The translations under genes and the position numbers were made by a program. From Nanobdellota archaeon (GTDB taxonomy: Archaea > Nanobdellota > Nanobdellia > Pacearchaeales > GW2011-AR1), in the NCBI GenBank assembly GCA_030647095.1, contig JAUSKH010000002.1, forward strand, positions 1-39,247: a DNA stretch of 39,247 nucleotides. Direction: 5' to 3'. The notes below the pieces were generated by a model. The model was not told the DNA's origin and made no database searches. It saw only the letters and a list, made by a program, of their open reading frames with translations. Below are positions 1 through 9,287 of this stretch, one piece after another (the stretch's first letter is position 1; each line of letters opens with the position of its first letter).

Positions 1-1018
1 GATAGAACCTGCAGAGCCCATGTGGCTACGGGGTTCTTTTCCAACTCGGAACTTGTCAGCTGCGTAATACAGGAATGGCGGGCGGTGCGTAAGGTACCGT
101 TCGAAGACCCGAACAAGGGAGACTGGAGTTAAGGTCCCAAAATGTATGCTAAGTGTAGCAAAGGGAGTCTTGAACCTGAGACAGTAGGGATGTAGGCTTA
201 GAAGCAGCCATCATTTAAAGAAAGCGTAACAGCTCACCTATCGAGGTTCGAGGCCCCGAAAATGGACAGGGCTAAGCATACTACCGATACTTCAGAGGCG
301 CTCGTAAGAGCGTTCTGGTAGGCAGGCGTGCCTTCTGCGTAGAAGTTTCTCCGAGAGGAGGAATGGAGCGGGAGGCAACGAGAATCTTGGCGTTAGTAAG
401 ATCATATTACCCTGAGAATGGGTAACGTCGAAAGAGCAAGGTTTCCTTGGCACTAATCGTTAACCAAGGGTTAGTCGGTACCTAAGTCATCCCTTAACTG
501 GCGATGGCGAATGGACATCCGGTTAATATTCCGGAACTTTTTATATTCGTCGACGTACAAATTAGCTTTGGGATAGGTAGAAACCCGAGAGGGTTTTCAC
601 GTAGGAAAGATGTGGATCGTAATGATTAGAAACATCTGAATTGCGTGACGCGAGCTGCTGATTCCTGGAGCCCATGAAAAGATTAGTACTGAGAATATAA
701 ATAGCCGTACCAAGAACCAGCACAGGTGCTCTAGCTGAGAAGGCTAAGACGTGAAAGGACAATCCGGTTAAGGGAATTCGGCATATTGGCCCCGTAGCTT
801 CGGTAGAAGGGGTGTCTATAGATGTTTTTGAATTATCAAATGCATTCGTAGATTGCAATAACAAGGACCGCCCGACTGTTTATCAAAAACGTAGCCGATT
901 GCAAATCCTAAAGGACTAGTATAATCGGTGAGACCTGCCCAGTGGTGGTGTTTCAAACTTCTGTTCAAAGGAGCTAAGACCCATCAAACGGCGGGCCTAA
1001 CTATGAGGCTCTTAAGGT

Positions 1019-2002
1019 CGAATGGCATACAAACTGCCTTACATTATCGTCGATAAAAAGACGATAATGCTTCAAGCCAATAGTTAAATGATAAATAGAA
1101 AGGAAAATAAACCAATATGAAGAAAATCGAGCTATATGCTGGAACATCTGAGAATTCCACTCTACAACGACGACAAGAATTTATATTGTCGGTTCGCGTG
1201 AAAATGAGATGGATGCAGACAACCAAGCAGGAAAGGCTCAGTATGATAAAAGTTTTATCGATATAGCTTATTTATTTGGTGTTTATCTCGGAGATGGCTG
1301 TTGTCCTAAATCTAGAGGTTATATGTTTAGAATAGTGTCAGCAGACAAAGATGTAATTGAAAAAACAAGAACTATTGTTAATCAATTAATAAATAGAAAT
1401 ATTTCTATTAAAGAGATAATGCCTAACAAAACTAAACTTTACGATTTTAGAGTTTATGATAAAAAACTATTTGAGATGTTAACATCTCAAACAAATAGAA
1501 AATCTAAGATTCCAGAATTTGTTATTAATTCAGATAAAAAGATAAAATCAGAGTTTATAGCAGGTTTAATGGATACAGATGGTTACATAAGCACTGGAAC
1601 TAACAGGTTTGGATGGCAAAGATTTTCTTTGGGATTTATTAATTCTGGAAAGTGGACAGATCAATTTATTATACTTCTTAGAGATACTGGAATAAAAGTT
1701 GGTAAAAAAACTTTAAAGAAAAAGTATAGAAGCATAAAAGAAAAGGACTGTTACCAAATTAATATTAACTTAAGAAGTTTTGTTGAAAACAGCTTATATT
1801 TTAAATGTCAAAGAAAACAAGAGTTACTTGAAAAATATAAAGTAAACGTAAAATATCAATCATATTGAGAATCCTCAGAGACTATACGCTCGAGATAATT
1901 AATAATTATCAAGATATAGTCCGAACCTTATAGCGATATAAGGAAGTTAATAGAAATATTAATTCGTCATAATAAATACAGTTATGGCAGTAACAATCAT
2001 TG
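1019..2002 (+). mobile_element. Group I intron at 23S site equivalent to E. coli 1931, with homing endonuclease gene
   Basis: Removing it restores CTTAAGGT|AGCG. The 5' exon ends in U and pairs with guide GCCTTA (U.G pair). The intron ends in G (2002). R element TCAGAGACTATA at 1875-1886, S element AAGATATAGTCC at 1911-1922, P3 CGAGC/GCTCG. Confidence 0.95.
1209..1868 (+). CDS. Intron-encoded LAGLIDADG homing endonuclease (two motifs)
   Basis: Motifs AYLFGVYLGDGC and EFIAGLMDTDGY. Lies between the Q and R core elements of the intron; the annotated start overlaps core sequence, so the true start is uncertain. Confidence 0.9.
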   Translation: MDADNQAGKAQYDKSFIDIAYLFGVYLGDGCCPKSRGYMFRIVSADKDVIEKTRTIVNQLINRNISIKEIMPNKTKLYDFRVYDKKLFEMLTSQTNRKSKIPEFVINSDKKIKSEFIAGLMDTDGYISTGTNRFGWQRFSLGFINSGKWTDQFIILLRDTGIKVGKKTLKKKYRSIKEKDCYQININLRSFVENSLYFKCQRKQELLEKYKVNVKYQSY

Positions 2003-2648
2003 AGCGTAATGCCTTGTCGTCTGAATGGCGACGTGCATGAATGGTTTAATGAGGTGGTCACTGTCCCTAACCGGCGCCTTCTGAACCCACTTTCCGGTGA
2101 AAATGCCGGAAACGCCTAGTGGGAAGCGGAGACCTTGTGGACCTTTACTGCAACTTGTTGTTGTAGCTTTAAGGGGGATGCATAGCATAGGTAGGAGCGT
2201 CGATGCCTAGCTTCGGCGAAAGCGGAGCGACCTTGTAATACTACCCATCTTTCTTGAAGTTGCTCACCCGAGAGGGGACACCAGCAGGCAGGCAGTTTGG
2301 CTGGGGCGGCACCCTACAGAAAAGATATCTGTAGGGCCTAATGGTGAGCTCATCCAGGTTGGAAATCTGGAGTTGAGTGCAGAGGCAAAAGCTCACCTGA
2401 CTGTGTTTCGCACAGCAAAGAACGCAGAGACGAAAGTCGAGCTCAGCGACCCCACATGACCTTTTAATAGGGTCTGTGTGTGACAGAAAAGGTACCCCAA
2501 GGATAACAGGCTCGTCGCGCCCGATAGCTCACATTGACGGCGCGGTTTGGTACATCGCTGTCGGCTCTTCCTATCCTGGTTGTGCACAAGCAACCAAGGG
2601 TGCCGGAGTTCACGCATTAAAAGGGATCGTTAGCTGGGTTAAGAACGT

Positions 2649-3300
2649 AAACAATGAAGCTAACGAATATTCCAACTCGATAGAGTTGGAGTTCCCACAG
2701 AATAAAATTCTGCGGTGACCTGTATCAAATTGCGGCTATCAAAAAACGCGGCGTTGCATGCAAGTAATTGCATGAACAATTAAATCAGCTCATATCGGTG
2801 AAACCTTCATACTCCACACTGTAGTATGATGGCAATACCGAGGGAAGATGTTTATAGAAACAAAGATTTTTAACTTTAGTTTTTTATAAACCAATATGGA
2901 TATAAGAAATAAATCTAATTGGCGATTACAAACTAAGGACTTTATTCCTTTCTATGGATATTTTCGTTATCGTAAAAGAAACGGAATTCCAATTGAAGGA
3001 GGAACAGTAAATCTAAAAACTGGAATTAGAAGTATTATTATACATATTTATGAACTAATAATCTTATTAATCATAGGGGTTATTATCATAACTTTCTTTA
3101 ATATAAAACTATAAATTATCCCCGTAGAGACTTCAATCTTTCCACAAGAATAGGAATCGTCAAATTCCGATAAGATTGGGAGTATTTCTGTAAAAAGAAA
3201 TGCTAACACGCTGATCTCCTACAAAACTTTTTTCTAAAAAGTGTTGTAGGATGAAGGTATAGTCCATACCATTCCGAATAAATAAGGATGGAGAAATATA
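2649..3300 (+). mobile_element. Group I intron (IA-type, with P7.1/P7.2) at 23S site equivalent to E. coli 2593; terminal nucleotide A
   Basis: Removing it restores AAGAACGT|CGCGAGACAG (H93). Guide CGCG-GCGTT at 2747-2755 pairs with both exons. P3 ATCAGC/GCTGAT, R CCGTAGAGACT, S AAGGTATAGTCC, with two extra hairpins between P7 and P3'. Confidence 0.92.
2896..3114 (+). CDS. Small predicted membrane protein inside intron 2; not a nuclease
   Basis: 72 aa with a DFIPFxGxxxYRKR motif and a C-terminal hydrophobic helix. TATA-like AAAGATTTTTAAC about 25 nt upstream. Similar to ORF 4689-4922. Confidence 0.7.
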   Translation: MDIRNKSNWRLQTKDFIPFYGYFRYRKRNGIPIEGGTVNLKTGIRSIIIHIYELIILLIIGVIIITFFNIKL

Positions 3301-3687
3301 CGCGAGACAGTTTGTATGATATCTACTAGGCGCGCAGTTGTCTGAGTGGAACGACCATTTAGTACGAGAGGAACGGTGGTCGGGTGCCTCTGGTGTAGCG
3401 GTTGTTATGAGCAGGCCGCGCAGCTACGCACTAAGGGATAAGTACTGAAAGCATCTAAGTACGAAGCCCCCCGCAAGACGAGACAACAAAGGCCGTCATA
3501 GAAGATGACGTTGATAGAGCTGGTGTGTAAGATCCAAGAACCCGAGGATTTAAGCACGCAGCTACTAATAGCCACATTTATTCACCTTCAAAAAAGAAAC
3601 CTTCCTGCTTGTTTTATTTGATGTATTATAATATTTTGAAACATTTTTCTACACAACTTTTAAATAGCTTTTAAGTTAGCGTTAGCT

Positions 3688-4632
3688 ATGAAAAGAACTG
3701 TGTTTGTTGCAAACATAATACTTTTAGTTTTCCTTATTATTTTCAATGGATCAAATGCCTATGATGTAGTCAAAACAAACTCAACTAATCTCACTTCGCA
3801 AAACAATAGCGGAGCGCCATATGGCAAAGCCATATGCGGCAACAACATCTGCGAAGGAGGAGAAGCTTCACTTCAAGGAGGTTGCGGTCCAAATGCAGAT
3901 CCTCGTTGCCTAGGTCCTCCTGCTAGTGAAGGAACTTGCCAGCAAGATTGTAAATATTATTGCATTAATGATGATGATTGTCTCCTCGCGAATCCTTCAG
4001 TTATTGCCTCCTGTCCACAATGTCATTCATGTGGTGAAATTGATTATGGAAACTCTCAATTTGAGACCGTTAATGAAGGTTGGTTAACCTATAAACTTGC
4101 AGCCTGTCCACCAAAAAATCCAAATACCCTATGCCCTGCATGCCCATCAAATATAAAATACCCTCCAGAATACGAAGCAAAATGTATCAATAATGAATGT
4201 AAAAAAATAAACGTTAGAAATACAACTTCTTATACTCCTCCAGTTTGCGGCAACAATATTTGCGAATCAGGGGAGGAACCTTGGCATACTGAAAGTTGCG
4301 CGCAGGAGAATGCTCCCTGGTGTCAATCTAATTATCCTGGTCCTTGTCCACAAGATTGTCCTAATGCCCCAGGCACTGGAAAAGTAAAAATCCTTCCAGA
4401 AACAGCATCTGAAACAGCTATTGCAAAATTAGGGCAGTTAGGATTTAATATCATTTTAAAAGAAGTTGGCACAGGCAATAAAACAAAAGCGATATATTAT
4501 TTAGAAGCTGAAAAAGAATATAGAATTCTAGGAATATTTAAGAGAAACTCCTTTATTGAAGCACAAATCGATGCAAACACCGGAGAAATTATTGCAGTTA
4601 AAAAGCCTTGGTGGGCAATTCTTACGGTTTGA
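3688..4632 (+). CDS. Secreted Cys-rich protein with two CGNNICExGE...CxQDC repeats and a C-terminal PepSY-like domain
   Basis: N-terminal signal peptide, duplicated Cys motif, C-terminal IDANTGEII..KKPWW. Confidence 0.75.
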   Translation: MKRTVFVANIILLVFLIIFNGSNAYDVVKTNSTNLTSQNNSGAPYGKAICGNNICEGGEASLQGGCGPNADPRCLGPPASEGTCQQDCKYYCINDDDCLLANPSVIASCPQCHSCGEIDYGNSQFETVNEGWLTYKLAACPPKNPNTLCPACPSNIKYPPEYEAKCINNECKKINVRNTTSYTPPVCGNNICESGEEPWHTESCAQENAPWCQSNYPGPCPQDCPNAPGTGKVKILPETASETAIAKLGQLGFNIILKEVGTGNKTKAIYYLEAEKEYRILGIFKRNSFIEAQIDANTGEIIAVKKPWWAILTV

Positions 4633-4688
4633 TTTTTATAAAAACATTTTTACTAAAGTTATATAAGCATAAATATTTACAAATATAA

Positions 4689-4922
4689 ATGAATAATAGA
4701 GAGTTAATGAGTGCAGAACTTGAATTAGGATCTAGAGATTTTATTCCTTTTTTAGGTGAGAAAAGCTATAGAAAAAGAAAAGAATCATTAACTGATAGAA
4801 TGAATCTTAATCAACTGAAAAGATATGAAATGAATCATACATTATTAACAATATACAACTCTTCGCTAATTGTGTTAGCTACATATGGAATTATAAAAGG
4901 AATAGACTCATTTTTTTATTAG
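4689..4922 (+). CDS. Small predicted membrane protein, paralog of intron ORF 2896-3114
   Basis: Motif DFIPFLGEKSYRKR plus C-terminal hydrophobic helix; TATA-like AAAGTTATATAA upstream. Confidence 0.7.
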   Translation: MNNRELMSAELELGSRDFIPFLGEKSYRKRKESLTDRMNLNQLKRYEMNHTLLTIYNSSLIVLATYGIIKGIDSFFY

Positions 4923-4932
4923 TTTCTTATAG

Positions 4933-5961
4933 TTAACTAACAGTACTATTCCCACCAAACAACTCAAGTCCAGTCGGGACATTTACGCCCAAATAAAGAA
5001 GCAGTATATACATAGCCAAGAATAATATTATCATTAAAATAAATATAGACAGAATTGCAAAAAAAGTTCTTCCTTTAGATACATTATGATATGTCGATAA
5101 ACCAAATAAAGAAAGTATAAAACTCCATATTCCGACAAACGGAATAAAAATAAATAACATTTGCGGCGTTGAAGAATAAACAATTGCTTTATATGTATCT
5201 CTATATTTTCCACTTCCTCCATATAGTTTCATAAATAAATGAACGATTACAGCACTAATAAAAATAAATAAAGGATTAATAATGAAAAAGAGCACAGCTA
5301 AAATACCAATAATAGTAGCACTAACAGCAATAGAAAATCCTCCTGTTGCAGATATATCAGGTATAACATTACCAGCAGAAACTAGTGCAGCAGGAAGAAT
5401 AGATAAAATTACACCAAAAAGAAAAATCACCAAAATAGAAGTTATAAGAAAAGGAACTATAGATATAAATAATTGATAAAAGAAGGCAGGAGATATCTTT
5501 TCCTCTTTTGTTTTTTCGAATAGTTCTATTGGATGTATAAAAGATTTTCCTATCTTTTTAAACAAACCCATCTTTTCAGCAGGCGATATATTAATCTGCA
5601 AACCAACAGTTGGCATAGGTTGCAAAAAGTTTTCTACAGGAGGCGAACTGGGTGGAGTAATTGATTTTTGTAAATTTTGATTATCTAAATTAGTTTGCTG
5701 TTCATATGTATTTGTGGAAGATGCTGTCTGTTCATTCTGTTTTAACGTTGTTTGCTGATTATTCTGAGAAGGAATAAAATTTTTATTCTGAGAAACAGAA
5801 TTAGACGATCTGTTTTGCGTCAAATTTGTTATATAATCTCCAGCTTCTTTAACGTCCTGCTCTTTATATCCTGCTTCAAGTAATTTTTGTTTTAGGATTG
5901 AAATATCAACCCCTTTTTTTATACCTTCAATTAAATAGTTTAAAGCCTGCTGATTCACCAT
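4933..5961 (-). CDS. Yip1-family multi-pass membrane protein with N-terminal helical domain and Q/N-rich linker
   Basis: About five TM segments with Yip1-like HLFMKLYGGSGKYRDTYKAIVYS and GLSTYHNVSKGR. Confidence 0.7.
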   Translation of the reverse strand: MVNQQALNYLIEGIKKGVDISILKQKLLEAGYKEQDVKEAGDYITNLTQNRSSNSVSQNKNFIPSQNNQQTTLKQNEQTASSTNTYEQQTNLDNQNLQKSITPPSSPPVENFLQPMPTVGLQINISPAEKMGLFKKIGKSFIHPIELFEKTKEEKISPAFFYQLFISIVPFLITSILVIFLFGVILSILPAALVSAGNVIPDISATGGFSIAVSATIIGILAVLFFIINPLFIFISAVIVHLFMKLYGGSGKYRDTYKAIVYSSTPQMLFIFIPFVGIWSFILSLFGLSTYHNVSKGRTFFAILSIFILMIILFLAMYILLLYLGVNVPTGLELFGGNSTVS

Positions 5962-6109
5962 CTTTTTCTCTCGATATAGAGATATGTTACTTTTTATAGC
6001 TTATGTTATCTATACTGTGTTGTATGATTCTTAAAAAGCAACACGGTTGTTATCTATTGCTTAAATGTCATATCGATAACTTTAAAAACATCTTTCCTGC
6101 TCTATAATA

Positions 6110-6542
6110 GTGAGTCAGAGAGCTGACCGTCAGTATTAAGCTCTTAAATGAGCAAGCTTTGTATAAAAATCAATGCTAAATGCCGAGGAAGGTCCGGGCA
6201 TCCATTCCTTAAAGGAATGTCGCGCGATCTGTGAAAACAGACTGTTGTAAGGCAGAGCTCCGAAACAGAAACGACACAGCTCTTCCTGAGCAATGAACTT
6301 TGCAGGAAGCTACGACGGAAGAGATATGATGAAACGTCAAACTTTTGCGAGTTTGAGGTCCTGTGGCACCAAGTGTTGCAGTACGGTCGTCTTCGCTGAT
6401 GCAAGAGCCTTAGCCGCTCGCTAATGTTCAATTACGAAAGTAATTGTACAGATAGAGATTTTAAAATCTCTGTAGACAGATGTCAGCACAAACCGTTCGC
6501 TAATAACGAGGTTTGACAGAACCTGGCCTACTCCTGACTCAC
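6110..6542 (+). ncRNA. rnpB: RNase P RNA
   Basis: P1 GTGAGTCAG/CTGACTCAC, CR-I GAGGAAGGTCCGGGC, CR-V ACAGAACCTGGCCTAC, internal TGAAACG motif; TATA-like TTTAAAAA upstream and a T-tract downstream. Confidence 0.9.
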
Positions 6543-6590
6543 ATTTTTCTTCTAAAAACATTTAAAAGTCAACAAGCTCTCGTTTTTTAT

Positions 6591-6662
6591 GGGAGTGTAG
6601 CTCAGTGGGAGAGCACACGACTGAAGCTCGTGGTGTCGGGGGTTCGATTCCCTCCACTCCCA
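6591..6662 (+). tRNA. tRNA-Phe(GAA), CCA not encoded
   Basis: Acceptor GGGAGTG/CACTCCC, anticodon arm CACGA-CTGAAGC-TCGTG, T-loop GGTTCGATTCC. Confidence 0.97.
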
Positions 6663-6671
6663 TAAAAAGAA

Positions 6672-6889
6672 ATGACAAAAAAATCTAAAAAGAGACTCAT
6701 CGAAGTGTGTACAAGTTACGAATCAACAAATATAGGAGCTATTACTACAGATTTTGGTTCTAGATATTACTGTCAAGAATGCGATAGCCTTTCATCAATC
6801 ATCAATTTCTCTCGATCACCCCAATAGTGGAGATAGAAAATTCAAAGCTTAAATCTTTTCAAAAAAAGATAACTACAAAGAAAAAATAA
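6672..6889 (+). pseudogene. Probable degenerate zinc-ribbon protein gene (frameshifted)
   Basis: 6672-6827 reads MTKKSKKRLIEVCTSYESTNI...YYCQEC with the first CxxC broken. A plausible tail PIVEIENSKLKSFQKK continues in another frame to 6889. Confidence 0.35.
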
Positions 6890-7016
6890 GATAACTAATA
6901 TCTTTTATCATTATCTTACAATTTTTTATCTCGCATTTTAATTTTTATATAATCTATTATAATCTTCTCTGGTCTCTAGCCACAATATTTATAAAAGCCT
7001 TTTATCTCTTATCACG

Positions 7017-7319
7017 ATGAAAAAAGAGTCTGTAAGTATGAATTCATCTAACAATAGTTCTGGTGTCACATCAGTAGTGTTTGGAATTTTGAGTATTGTT
7101 TTCGCATCCTTGATAGGAATTATTCTTGCTATTATCTCAATAGGATTCGCAATTAAACAAAACAAATCTTCTCCTAACAAATGGTCAAAAGCAGCCATGA
7201 TATTATCAATCATAGGTCTTATCTTAAGTATTCTAATTATTGCACTCGATGCTTGGTTGCGTAAAAATCCTCAAATCTTAAATCAAGTTCTTACTCAATA
7301 TGGTAGCGTACCACAATAA
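7017..7319 (+). CDS. Small membrane protein (DUF4190-like)
   Basis: SVVFGILSI...GIILAIISIGFA...AAMILSIIGLI pattern; 2-3 TM helices. Confidence 0.65.
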   Translation: MKKESVSMNSSNNSSGVTSVVFGILSIVFASLIGIILAIISIGFAIKQNKSSPNKWSKAAMILSIIGLILSILIIALDAWLRKNPQILNQVLTQYGSVPQ

Positions 7320-7950
7320 GTCAGAACAGAATAAAAAAGGAGCAATAGAACTTTCAATAGGAACAGTAGTTATTATAGTTCTAGCAATGGCTATGCTTAT
7401 TCTCGGTCTTGTACTCGTAAGAAGTATCTTCAAGGGAGCTATTGACAGTGTAGATATAACAAATAGGCAAGTACAAGCACAGATAACTTCCTTATTTTCA
7501 AAAGACGACACAAATTTAGCAATACTTTTAGGAGCAGATAAAACAGCAAGAATACAGGCAGGAAGTGGTTTAGTAACCGTTGGTTTTGGTGCAAAACTTT
7601 CTAGTGGTCGTATCATTCAGAAAAGAAGCGATTTAACTTATAAACTAAGTTTAGATACCAGTCAAACACAGCGCGAAGTTCTAACATGTGATCGCGTACT
7701 AGGAGGAGAAAATAATGTTAAAAAGTTGTTTCTTCAAAACTTTGATTCAAACTTAAACTTCGATCAATTAGATGGCAAAGGTAATGCATTCGCAGGTATC
7801 CAAATTGATATTCCTAAGGGTACTCCTAAATGCACTCAAAAGATATATATTGATGTTTTAGATCATATAACCGATCCAACAGCACCGTCGTCAGTAGGCG
7901 CAGATTACTTCATTCTTGAAGTAACAGGTGGAAGTATATTCGGTAGCTAG
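7300..7950 (+). CDS. Type IV pilin-like protein with class III signal peptide
   Basis: KKGA|IELSIGTVVIIVLAMAMLILGL prepilin-type N-terminus. Confidence 0.75.
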   Translation: MVAYHNKSEQNKKGAIELSIGTVVIIVLAMAMLILGLVLVRSIFKGAIDSVDITNRQVQAQITSLFSKDDTNLAILLGADKTARIQAGSGLVTVGFGAKLSSGRIIQKRSDLTYKLSLDTSQTQREVLTCDRVLGGENNVKKLFLQNFDSNLNFDQLDGKGNAFAGIQIDIPKGTPKCTQKIYIDVLDHITDPTAPSSVGADYFILEVTGGSIFGS

Positions 7951-8006
7951 TGGTCTTCTTTATTGACATCACAAACCCTTAAAAACCCTCTATTATTCAA
8001 TTATTT

Positions 8007-8597
8007 ATGAATATTCTTGAAGACTATAAAAAATATCGTTGGTTTTACACATTATCAAAAAAGCTTGTAGTAGGTGGCAAGTCAGCAGAACAAAACGACG
8101 ATTTATTAACAAAACTCAAAGCCTCAAAGAAAGATTTTATAATAATGCATACAGCTGAGCCGGGAAGCCCCTTTTGTGTAATTCTTACAGATAAAAAAGA
8201 TGTAACAAAGCAAGATATAGAAGAAGCAGCAATATTCACAGGTTGTTTTAGTAGAGCCTGGAGATCCCAAAAGAAAAAAACAAGAGTAGATACATTTGAT
8301 TTATCTCAACTCAATAAAAGTTCTAAAATGAAAATAGGTACATGGTGTGTTGTAGGCAATATAAAAAGTTTGGAAGTAAATTTAGAGCTAATTTTAACAG
8401 AGCAAGAGGGAGTATTAAGGGCAGTCCCAAGAAAATCGGTGAAGCGAAAATCAAGCATCCTGCTAAAAATTCATCCAGGAAAAATTGATAAACAACAAAT
8501 GATTTTAAATATCCAAAATAACATGAAGAATAAAATTAATCCAAACGAAATACTAGCCGCACTTCCCGCAGGAGGAGTCTCAATCTCCAAAAATTAA
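8007..8597 (+). CDS. NFACT-R (DUF814) RNA-binding domain protein
   Basis: YRWFYT...VVGGKSAEQND, HTAEPGSPF, EAAIFTGCFSRAW. Confidence 0.85.
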   Translation: MNILEDYKKYRWFYTLSKKLVVGGKSAEQNDDLLTKLKASKKDFIIMHTAEPGSPFCVILTDKKDVTKQDIEEAAIFTGCFSRAWRSQKKKTRVDTFDLSQLNKSSKMKIGTWCVVGNIKSLEVNLELILTEQEGVLRAVPRKSVKRKSSILLKIHPGKIDKQQMILNIQNNMKNKINPNEILAALPAGGVSISKN

Positions 8598-8598
8598 T

Positions 8599-8841
8599 AT
8601 GAGACCAGGATTAGTCAAATTTCAAATTGGAAAAAATGGCGTAACACTAGGCGTAGTTGAATCACTCCAACTAGCGTTAAAAAATCATTCTCAAGTAAGA
8701 ATTTCCATATTAAAATCTGCTTGTAGAGATAGAGAAGGATTAGAAAAATTAGTCTTAGATCTCAAGGAAAAAATGCCAATAAAATGTTTTTATCGTATCA
8801 TTGGTTTCACTATAATCTTGAAGAAGCAAAGTAATAAGTAA
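8599..8841 (+). CDS. YhbY/CRM-domain RNA-binding protein
   Basis: FQIGKNGVT...LKNHSQVRI...IIGFTIIL; conserved position before S19e. Confidence 0.85.
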   Translation: MRPGLVKFQIGKNGVTLGVVESLQLALKNHSQVRISILKSACRDREGLEKLVLDLKEKMPIKCFYRIIGFTIILKKQSNK

Positions 8842-8873
8842 AGTTTATAAGGCATGTTTTTCACTTCATCTCT

Positions 8874-9287
8874 ATGGCTGATATTAGAACAATCGAGGCA
8901 GGGAAATACAATAATATTCTAGCTGAGGCAATAAAGAAATCAGCATTATTCGAAAAGCCTGAGTGGGTAGACTATGTTAAAACTTCAACTCATAAGGAAC
9001 GTCCAAACATAGATCCTGATTTCTGGTATAAACGTTCTGCAAGTATTCTAAGACAAGTATATATTAAAAATGTAGTTGGCGTGGAGCGCCTTAGAACAAG
9101 ATACGGAGGCAGAAAAAATAGGGGTTCAAAACCACCTGAATTTAGAAAAGGTGGAGGAAAAATAATTAGAACAATACTTCAGCAAGCAGAAGCAGCAGGA
9201 TTTGTAGAAAAAGTTAAAACAAAGAAGAAGGCAGGCAGACAACTAACAGCCAAGGGTAAAGACTTCCTAGAAGAAATTGTAAAATGA
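8874..9287 (+). CDS. rps19e: 30S ribosomal protein S19e
   Basis: PEWVDYVKT, WYKRSASILRQVY, GVERLRTRYGGRKNRG. Confidence 0.97.
   Translation: MADIRTIEAGKYNNILAEAIKKSALFEKPEWVDYVKTSTHKERPNIDPDFWYKRSASILRQVYIKNVVGVERLRTRYGGRKNRGSKPPEFRKGGGKIIRTILQQAEAAGFVEKVKTKKKAGRQLTAKGKDFLEEIVK

Larger units (their letters stand above)
1..3585 (+). rRNA. rrl: 23S rRNA, 5'-truncated by the window edge; exons 1-1018, 2003-2648 and 3301-~3585
   Basis: Conserved LSU motifs: GGCTTAGAAGCAGCCA (GTPase centre), TAACTATGAGGCTCTTAAGGT|AGCG (H69-H71), GGATAACAGGC (PTC), AGTACGAGAGGAAC (sarcin-ricin loop). The 3' end is approximate. Confidence 0.97.

Noticed and set aside
562..2718. ORFs 562-864, 1044-1226, 1997-2188, 2393-2617 and 2476-2718
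   Set aside because: They overlap 23S exons or intron core elements and have no protein motifs; shadow ORFs.
3301..3302. Canonical omega-G at 3302 as the 3' end of intron 2
   Set aside because: It would delete 2 nt from H93 of the PTC and break the P10 and P9.0 register.
6144..6431. 95-aa minus-strand ORF
   Set aside because: Antisense to the RNase P RNA.
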